Origin: Thermoanaerobaculia bacterium
Lineage (GTDB): Bacteria; Acidobacteriota; Thermoanaerobaculia; Multivoradales; JAHEKO01
DNA: 44,635 bases
Assembly (NCBI GenBank): GCA_945787525.1
Contig: CALZJC010000018.1
Span: forward strand, 1-44,635
Reading direction: 5' to 3'
Part shown: in pieces, positions 38,113-44,635 of the stretch
Layout: each line of letters begins with the position of its first letter
How positions within the stretch are numbered: the first letter of the stretch is position 1
The notes under the pieces: generated by a model
Database searches by the model: none
What the model was told of the DNA's origin: nothing
What the model saw: the letters and a program-made list of their open reading frames with translations, nothing else
Made by a program: the position numbers and the translations under genes

Positions 38113-38866
38113 GCCGCTACAGGAGCGGATCCGCCGGCTGCTGAAGGTCCCACCCGAGCCGGATCCGCCGCTTGGCGAACCGTCCTCCGTACGGGTCTTT
38201 CGCGCCGCGCCGGGCTTTCTGCGCCACCGACTGCTGGGCTGGGGCTGGAAACAGTTGAGTGCCCTGATCGGCCTGATCATCGGCATCGAATTCGCCCAGT
38301 CCGGTAAGAGCTTCCTGGAAGACGGCCCCGGGATCCTGCGCTGGCTGCCGTGGAGCTGGATCGATCTGATCGAGTATCTGGCGATCGCCGCGTTCGTGGC
38401 CCAAGTCTTCTATTCGCTGGTGCTGGTGATGCTCGACTATCGCTACCGCTGGTACGTGATCACCGACCGCAGCCTGCGCATCCGCGAGGGTCTGTGGAAG
38501 GTCCAGGAGCGCACCATGACCTTCTCCAACGTGCAGAACGTCACCATCCAGCAGGGGCCGCTGCAGAGGCTGTTCGGGATCGCCGACCTGCGGGTGCAGA
38601 CGGCGGGCGGTGGCGGCAAGATGGGCGATGGCGACGAGCAGGGCTCGGCCGACCATCTGCACGTCGGCTACTTCCGCGGCGTCGGCAACGCCGCCGAGAT
38701 CCGCGACGTCGTGCTGGCCAGCCTGCGTCGGCTGCGCAGCTCCGGCCTGGGAGACCCCGAGGAGCCGGTCGCTCCGGAGCGCGCTGGCGGCCAGGCTGCG
38801 GCCGTTCAGCAGGCGGCCCGCGAGCTGCTGCGCGAAACGCGTTCTCTGGTCGCGGCGCTGCGCTAG
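38105..38866 (+). CDS. bPH_2 domain membrane protein
   Basis: WYVITDRSLRIREG...VQNVTIQQGPLQRLFGIADLRVQTAGG. Confidence 0.88.
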   Translation: MLEPLQERIRRLLKVPPEPDPPLGEPSSVRVFRAAPGFLRHRLLGWGWKQLSALIGLIIGIEFAQSGKSFLEDGPGILRWLPWSWIDLIEYLAIAAFVAQVFYSLVLVMLDYRYRWYVITDRSLRIREGLWKVQERTMTFSNVQNVTIQQGPLQRLFGIADLRVQTAGGGGKMGDGDEQGSADHLHVGYFRGVGNAAEIRDVVLASLRRLRSSGLGDPEEPVAPERAGGQAAAVQQAARELLRETRSLVAALR

Positions 38867-38930
38867 CGGTTGGCGGTCTCCAGTCGGCGTCGCGCCACTC
38901 TTTCGTGTAGCCTCGGATGCCGGTCCAGCC

Positions 38931-39740
38931 ATGTGTCTTCTCGTCGCTCTTCATCGGGTTCACCCGGACTCGCCGCTGGTGATGGCGGCGAACCGTGACG
39001 AGCTCCTGGCCCGCGGGGCAACGGCGATGACGGTGCTCGGCGACGGTCCGCCGAGGGTCCTGGGCGGTCGCGACCACGCCGCCGGCGGCACATGGCTGGC
39101 GGTCAACGAACGGTCGGTGGTCGGCGGTCTGACCAACCGGCCCTCCGGGCGGCGGGACCCGGCGCGGCGCTCGCGCGGCGAGTGGCCGCTGTTTCTCGCC
39201 GGGTTCGACACGGCGCGGGAGGCCGCCGACGCCTTCGTCTCCGCCTTCACGCCGGCGGACTTCAACCCGGGCTGGGTGCTGGTGGGAGACGGCCGCGAGC
39301 TGCTCTACATCGACATGACCGTACGGTCGGCCCGGCCGGTCGGGCTCGAGCCGGGGATCCACATCCTGGAGAACCGACCGCTCGACGGCCCCTCCTCCAA
39401 GGTCGATCTGGTGCGCCGGCAGCTGCGCGGCATCGAGTCGGTGCGCGGGTCGGCGCTGACCGATCGGCTGAGGTCGTTGCTGGCCAGCCATGCCGTGCCG
39501 GACGAGGCCGATCGGCGGCACGGGCCCGGCGGGTCGCCGCCGCGGCCCGCGGCGGCCAACGCCGCCTGTGTTCACCTGGGCGCCTACGGCACCCGTTCGT
39601 CGACCATTGTCCGGGTAGAGCCCGGCGTGCCGCCGCGGGTCTGGTCGTCTGACGGCCCACCCTGCACCGCGCCGTTGATCGAGGTCACGGAGCTGTGGGC
39701 GGCGCCGCCCGCAGTCGAGGAGGCCGGGGCCGGTGGCTGA
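38931..39740 (+). CDS. NRDE/TANGO2 family protein
   Basis: MC start; ANRDE, GGRD...GGTWL, SRG, YGTRSST. Confidence 0.93.
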   Translation: MCLLVALHRVHPDSPLVMAANRDELLARGATAMTVLGDGPPRVLGGRDHAAGGTWLAVNERSVVGGLTNRPSGRRDPARRSRGEWPLFLAGFDTAREAADAFVSAFTPADFNPGWVLVGDGRELLYIDMTVRSARPVGLEPGIHILENRPLDGPSSKVDLVRRQLRGIESVRGSALTDRLRSLLASHAVPDEADRRHGPGGSPPRPAAANAACVHLGAYGTRSSTIVRVEPGVPPRVWSSDGPPCTAPLIEVTELWAAPPAVEEAGAGG

Positions 39741-40332
39741 TCCGGGTCGGGTACTGGCCGGCAAGAACGTCCTGCTGGGCGTCACCGGCGGCATCGCTGC
39801 CTACAAGACGCCCGAGCTGGTGCGGCAGCTGGTCCAGCTGGGAGCCGACGTTCGAGTGGTGATGACCGTTGCGGCGCGCGAGTTCGTCGCCCCGCTGGCG
39901 CTGCAGGTGGTGTCCGGCCATCCGGTTCTCACCGATCTGTTCGACCGCAGCGCCGGGGCCGAGGTGAGGCACATCGCGCTGGCCCGCTCGGCGGACCTGG
40001 CGGTGTTGGCGCCGGCGACCGCCAACCTGCTGGGCAAGCTGGCGCACGGCATCGCCGACGATCCTGTCGGCACGGTGTTTCTCGCCGTGACGGCCCCGAC
40101 GCTCATCGCGCCGGCGATGAACGACGCCATGTGGGCACACCCGGCGGTGGCCGAGTCGGTGGGCAGGCTGGTTTCCTGGAACTACCGTCTGGTGGGCCCG
40201 GAAGAGGGTTTCCTGGCCGAGGGCTACGCTGGCGTCGGCCGTATGTCCGAGCCCGAGACGATCGTCGCAGCGCTCGTCGAGATGGCCGAGGGCCCGACCG
40301 ATGGTATCCGGCGGTCCGTGGCAGGCCGATGA
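39733..40332 (+). CDS. coaC: Phosphopantothenoylcysteine decarboxylase (stand-alone CoaC)
   Basis: GVTGGIAAYK, HIAL, APATAN, GIADD, PAMNDAMW. Confidence 0.88.
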   Translation: MADPGRVLAGKNVLLGVTGGIAAYKTPELVRQLVQLGADVRVVMTVAAREFVAPLALQVVSGHPVLTDLFDRSAGAEVRHIALARSADLAVLAPATANLLGKLAHGIADDPVGTVFLAVTAPTLIAPAMNDAMWAHPAVAESVGRLVSWNYRLVGPEEGFLAEGYAGVGRMSEPETIVAALVEMAEGPTDGIRRSVAGR

Positions 40333-40985
40333 GCCGCGGTGGGCCGCTGCGCGGCCGGCGAGTCCTCATCACCGCCGGACCGACACGCGAGCATCTCGAC
40401 CCGGTTCGTTTCCTCTCCAACCCCTCCTCGGGACGCATGGGCTATGCCCTCGCCGAGGAGGCGGCAGCGCGCGGCGCCCGGGTGATGCTGGTCTCGGGCC
40501 CGACGGCGTTGGAGGATCCGGCCGGCGTCGAGATCGAGCGGGTCACCAGCGCGGCGGAGATGCTGGCGGCGTGCCGGCGGCGTTTCACCGCCTGCGACGT
40601 GCTGGTGGCTGTCGCCGCGGTGGCCGATTTCCGTCCCGTGCGGCGGTACGGTGAGAAGCAACGGAAGGAGTCGATCGGGCTGACCCTCGAGCTCGAGCCC
40701 ACGACGGACATCGTCGCCACGCTGGCGGCGGAGAAGGGGGACCGCTTTGTCGTCGGGTTTGCTGCCGAGACCACCGATCTGCTCGATTCGGCGGCGGCCA
40801 AGATGGAGCGCAAGCGACTCGACCTGATCGTCGCCAACGATGTCAGCGACCCGGCAGTCGGGTTCGCTTCGGCGGACAACCGAGTGGTCATCCTGGGGCC
40901 CGACGGGTTCCGTGTCGAGCTGGGGCCGGCACCGAAGCGCTCGATCGCCGGCGGTATCTGGGACGCCATCGCCTCGCGGCTCTAG
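40329..40985 (+). CDS. coaB: Phosphopantothenate-cysteine ligase (stand-alone CoaB)
   Basis: ITAGPTREHLDPVRFLSNPSSGRMG, AAVADF, VGFAAET, IVAND; ATGA overlap with coaC. Confidence 0.92.
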   Translation: MSRGGPLRGRRVLITAGPTREHLDPVRFLSNPSSGRMGYALAEEAAARGARVMLVSGPTALEDPAGVEIERVTSAAEMLAACRRRFTACDVLVAVAAVADFRPVRRYGEKQRKESIGLTLELEPTTDIVATLAAEKGDRFVVGFAAETTDLLDSAAAKMERKRLDLIVANDVSDPAVGFASADNRVVILGPDGFRVELGPAPKRSIAGGIWDAIASRL

Positions 40986-41035
40986 CCTGCTGTGGACTGC
41001 CCCGAAGGGGCTATGCGGATAGAGTCCCGATCACC

Positions 41036-41680
41036 ATGCGAATGATCCGTGAGCTGGACGCCACCGAAGTGCGGGTGCTCGGGGCGCTGATGGAGAAAGA
41101 GCAGGCGACACCCGACTACTACCCGATGACGGTCAACTCGCTGATCGCCGCCTGCAACCAGAAGAGCAACCGCGAGCCGGTTAGCGAGCTGAGCGAGACC
41201 GAGGTAGTGGAGGCCCTCGAGCGGCTGCGCAAGGACGTGCTGGCCTGGCGCAGCGATGGCGCGCGTGTCGAGCGCTGGAGCCAGTCGATCAGCCGGCGGC
41301 TGGAGCTGGATGCGCCTTCGAAAGCGCTCCTCACCCTGCTCATGCTGCGCGGGCCGCAGACACCGGGTCAGCTGCGCAGCCGCAGCGGGCGTCTGCACGG
41401 CTTCTCCGAGCTGCGCGAGGTCGAGGACACGCTGCGCGACATGGCCTCGGGCGAGGCGCCACTGGCGGTCGAGCTCGAGCGCCGGCCGGGCACCAAAGAG
41501 AGCCGCTGGGCACATCGGCTCGGCGCCGAGCCGGCCCGAGACGTCACCTCCGTCGCCGCCATGACTCCGACCCCTCGACCGGCCCCGGGGCCCGGGTTGA
41601 GCGAGCGGCTGGAAGCGGTGGAGCGGCGGGTCGAAGAGCTGGCCCGCGAGCTGGCCCGTCTGCGCGAGGATCTGGGCTAG
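41036..41680 (+). CDS. YceH (DUF480) family protein
   Basis: EVRVLGALMEKEQATPDYYPMTVNSLIAACNQKSNREPV, LMLRGPQTPGQLR. Confidence 0.93.
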   Translation: MRMIRELDATEVRVLGALMEKEQATPDYYPMTVNSLIAACNQKSNREPVSELSETEVVEALERLRKDVLAWRSDGARVERWSQSISRRLELDAPSKALLTLLMLRGPQTPGQLRSRSGRLHGFSELREVEDTLRDMASGEAPLAVELERRPGTKESRWAHRLGAEPARDVTSVAAMTPTPRPAPGPGLSERLEAVERRVEELARELARLREDLG

Positions 41681-41742
41681 GCTGCCGGGATGCGTGTCTG
41701 TGCGGTTGATAAACAGGATCGAATTGGTCCAGAATCCGCGTC

Positions 41743-42555
41743 ATGTGTCGCGCTTGCGTCGCCGATGAATCCGCCGCGCTGGTCTGTGCCGAGCGTCTGC
41801 CGGACTACCTGCGGCGGCAGCATCTTTTTGGCGATCTGAGCGCCGAGCAGCTCGACCAGGTCGTCGGCCGGCTGCGCACGGTGCGCCTGGCGGACGGGCA
41901 ATGGCTCTACCGCCAGGGCGATCGCGCCGAACGGTTCTTTGTCGTTCGCGAAGGGCAGATCGCCCTCTTCCGTCAGTCGAGCGAAGGCCGCGAGAGCATC
42001 ATCACGATCGTTGGCACCGACGAGGTCTTTGGTGACGAGTTGATCTTCCTGCCCGAGGCGTTCCACGACCTCAACGCCAGGTCGGTAGGCGACTCGACCC
42101 TGCTGAGTCTCGACCGCACCGGCTTCCGGTCCTTCTTGAAGGGCACGGCGGCGCTAGGCTTCAGGCTGCTGGGCACCCTTCACCGGCGGCAGAAGATGCT
42201 GCTCGACCACATCGAGCGGCTGACGCTTCAGGACGCCACCCAGCGGCTGATGGCCTATCTGCTGGACCGGGTGGGCAAGGGGCAGGGGCCGCAGCGGCTC
42301 GAGCTGTCGCTGCCCAAGAGCACGCTTGCCGCCCACCTCTCGATCCAGCCGGAGACGCTGTCGCGCATCCTGGCGCGGCTCAAGGAGTGCGACTACCTGC
42401 GCGAGGAGGACGATGCGCTGATCGTCAACTCCGAGCAGTTGCGTTCCGGGCTGAGCTGCACCGTATGCCACCTCCGGTGGGGTTGCCCCGGGCCGGAGAA
42501 GCTCCTCAGCCCGCTGACCGAGCCGGCGGCGATTGAGCTCGCCTCGTCCCTGTAG
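41743..42555 (+). CDS. Crp/Fnr family transcriptional regulator
   Basis: cNMP-binding-like domain LYRQGD...FFVVREGQI...FGD; HTH KSTLAAHLSIQPETLSRIL. Confidence 0.9.
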   Translation: MCRACVADESAALVCAERLPDYLRRQHLFGDLSAEQLDQVVGRLRTVRLADGQWLYRQGDRAERFFVVREGQIALFRQSSEGRESIITIVGTDEVFGDELIFLPEAFHDLNARSVGDSTLLSLDRTGFRSFLKGTAALGFRLLGTLHRRQKMLLDHIERLTLQDATQRLMAYLLDRVGKGQGPQRLELSLPKSTLAAHLSIQPETLSRILARLKECDYLREEDDALIVNSEQLRSGLSCTVCHLRWGCPGPEKLLSPLTEPAAIELASSL

Positions 42556-42570
42556 CCTCGGGTCTGGGGC

Positions 42571-42714
42571 TCAGGCCGCCTTGGCGAGAAAGCGCCGGAG
42601 CTTCTCGAGCTTCTTGCGCCGCTTCTTCTTGCTCAAGACCGCCAGGAGCGGACAGCGCCGGCAGGCTTCAGCCTTGCGCTCGAACTTTCGGCAGCAGGAG
42701 GACTTGAGCTTCAT
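42571..42714 (-). CDS. 47-aa basic Cys-motif microprotein (CC-x9-CxxC)
   Basis: ATG overlaps the receptor stop (ATGA); MKLKSSCCRKFERKAEACRRCPLL... Confidence 0.7.
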   Translation of the reverse strand: MKLKSSCCRKFERKAEACRRCPLLAVLSKKKRRKKLEKLRRFLAKAA

Positions 42715-44635
42715 AGGCCGAAGTCGATGGTGAAGCCGAAGAGCGCCGCCCGCGGACGGCCCGGGCGCAAACCGGCGGGCCGCCGCGCCGCGACGTAGAC
42801 CTCGTCGGAGGCGTTGAGCACCTGTGCCCAGATCCGATGCCGATCCGACAGCTTGACCTCGGCCCGGACATCGACGAGGAAGCGCTTGTCGATCGACTCG
42901 GCGCGCGGGATCGGGCCGTTGCCGGCGTGGGTGCGCATGGTGTCGGCCCGGGAGGTGTCGAGGTGGACCGACCACCGGTCGCGCTCAACGCTGAGCCCGG
43001 CATAAAGCTGGTTTCGCGGCACGTACGGAAGCTCGTCGCCGCGCTCGACCCGTGGCGCCCAGTCGGCGAAGCTGGTCTCGAAGGACTTGCGGAACTCGGA
43101 TGCCGTGTAGGTGTAGCTCAGCCGCAAAGGCAGGCTGAGGCCCCGCGCCGCGCCGCGAGCGAGGTCGATCGACAGGCCGGCTTCCAGACCGGCCACCTGG
43201 ACCGCGCCGGCGTTGAACTGGTCGCCGGTTCCCTCGCCGCCGGTCGAAACGGAGTCGTTGCCGAGCAGGTTGTCGTAGTCGTTGAAGAAGCCGATGACCT
43301 CCGCCGCCGAACCGCCTGCCTGGTGGCGCCAGCCCAGTTCGTAGTTGAGACTTTCCTCGGCATTGACCTCCTCTTTGGAGCTCGGGCTGGGCGGTGAGAA
43401 GCCGCGGTGAACGCCGGCGATCAGAGTCGAGGCCGGTCCGAGACGGTAGCTGGCGCCGACGCCCGGGATCACCTCCGTCAGGTGGTTGCGGCGAATCTCC
43501 AGGTCGGCGCCGGTGCGGCTGGGATCGGAGCGCCCGAAATCCCGGCGGCTGAGATCGATCGACTCGACGCGAGCGCCCGGGGTGAAGGTCCAGCGCCCGG
43601 CCGTGAAGGTGTCCTGGACGAAGACGGCGAGAGCCTCGGCGGACGCAACGCGGTTGGCCTGGCTACCCGGCTCGCCACGGGAGGTGAGAGCTCGCCGCCC
43701 GTCGACCATCTGGAAGAGGTCCTCTTCCTGGAAGCGGTCCTCCTGATCCTCGTGATAGCGCACGCCGAGCTCGAACTGATGCGCCCTGGCCCCGTTCCCG
43801 AGCCTCCAGGCAGCGACGGCCTGGATACCCTGTGAGTCATAGTCGCGGCGGTTGTTTCTCACCGCGAGAGCTCCGGGGGCGCTGTCGGCCTCGCCGCGCA
43901 GGATGTCGAGCTGCCGGGAGTAGGCGGCAGGGTCGGCGAGCACGTTCGCGACGCCCATGCCGTCCACCTTCTCGAGCTTGAACCAGTTGCGAAAGAAGTC
44001 GTTGCGGTAGACCGTGGCAGTGATGTCGAATCCGTCCCGCGGCTCGATGAGATAGCGCAGCTGGATCTGCTCGTGGTCGGTCGAGATGTTGTCTCCGGCA
44101 GAGGATGAATAGCGCCGGTAGGGGGAGCGGTCGAAGTCTTCCTGGGTGAGGCCGAGATAGGTCTCGTCGCCGTCTTGCCGGGTCTTGCCGAGCTTGAGCT
44201 CGAGCGCCTGGTAGAGGTTCGCCTCGGGCCGGCTGTTGAAGCGCAGCTTGCCGAGATAGTCCGCGAGATCGAAGCCCGTGCCGCCGCCTCCGTCGAGTCG
44301 CTTGAAGCCGTCGGTCTCGAGCTGGTAGGTCTCGATCATCCAGCCGACGGTGTCGCTCGAGTCGCCCGCCCAGGCACGGCCCCGCAGGAGGCCTTCTTCG
44401 CCGGCCGCCAGGTTGATCTGTCCGCGCGCGGCTCCGGGGATCGACTTCGAGATGTAGTTGACCGCGCCACCGTTGGTGTAGGGACCCTGGCGGATCGCCC
44501 CCGAGCCCTTGCGCACCTCGAAGCCCTCCATACGGCCGGCGGTCGGCGAGTAGTAGGCCGACGGGGCGGAGTAGGGCGCCGGCGCGATCAGCACGCCGTC
44601 CTCGAGCAGGGTGATCTTCTGGCTGCGGTCGACCC
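42711..44635 (-). CDS. FecA-like TonB-dependent receptor, 5'-truncated by the window edge
   Basis: RSQKITLLEDGVLIAPAPYSAPSAYY...EVRKGSGAIRQGPYTNGGAVNYIS plug; HRGFSPP, NYELG, RPGRPR. Confidence 0.92.
   Translation of the reverse strand, partial: VDRSQKITLLEDGVLIAPAPYSAPSAYYSPTAGRMEGFEVRKGSGAIRQGPYTNGGAVNYISKSIPGAARGQINLAAGEEGLLRGRAWAGDSSDTVGWMIETYQLETDGFKRLDGGGGTGFDLADYLGKLRFNSRPEANLYQALELKLGKTRQDGDETYLGLTQEDFDRSPYRRYSSSAGDNISTDHEQIQLRYLIEPRDGFDITATVYRNDFFRNWFKLEKVDGMGVANVLADPAAYSRQLDILRGEADSAPGALAVRNNRRDYDSQGIQAVAAWRLGNGARAHQFELGVRYHEDQEDRFQEEDLFQMVDGRRALTSRGEPGSQANRVASAEALAVFVQDTFTAGRWTFTPGARVESIDLSRRDFGRSDPSRTGADLEIRRNHLTEVIPGVGASYRLGPASTLIAGVHRGFSPPSPSSKEEVNAEESLNYELGWRHQAGGSAAEVIGFFNDYDNLLGNDSVSTGGEGTGDQFNAGAVQVAGLEAGLSIDLARGAARGLSLPLRLSYTYTASEFRKSFETSFADWAPRVERGDELPYVPRNQLYAGLSVERDRWSVHLDTSRADTMRTHAGNGPIPRAESIDKRFLVDVRAEVKLSDRHRIWAQVLNASDEVYVAARRPAGLRPGRPRAALFGFTIDFGL

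Noticed and set aside
42457-42471. CxxCH c-type heme motif in the Crp/Fnr protein
   Set aside because: The protein has no signal peptide and is a cytoplasmic DNA-binding regulator, so covalent heme c attachment is unlikely; treated as a metal-ligand cluster instead.

Overview
High-GC bacterial genomic window. The gene repertoire (TonB receptors, IPTL-CTERM-like protein, secreted kinase-like protein) is suggestive of Acidobacteriota, but that is inference only. Left part: a partial M20 amidohydrolase, an RHH/PIN toxin-antitoxin pair and tRNA-Ser(TGA). These are followed by a ~7 kb accessory region (CpXC protein, STAS proteins, metallophosphoesterase, secreted kinase-like protein, Lys-rich small protein). 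That region is punctuated by a ~181-bp repeat with perfect 20-bp terminal inverted repeats. Its interior is a decayed 5' end of a REP-associated/IS200-like Y1 transposase, and its left ends carry stuttered fragments of the end motif. Middle: two paralogous, large, exported membrane-anchored proteins of unknown function; DUF3224; a nitrilase; an M16 peptidase / TonB-dependent receptor / M1-M28 peptidase cluster; a DUF1566 protein whose 3' end is overwritten by the same repeat; and a pentapeptide protein. Right part: a ThiS/MoaD plus xanthine-dehydrogenase-family operon, a Phd/PIN TA pair, malonyl-CoA decarboxylase, S41 peptidase, an enolase-superfamily enzyme, a CTAG-ended palindromic MITE, two bPH_2 proteins, NRDE, split coaC/coaB, YceH, a Cys-rich Crp/Fnr regulator, and a FecA-like receptor coupled to a 47-aa FhuF-like Cys-motif microprotein. 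All family calls are by visual motif recognition; no searches were run.
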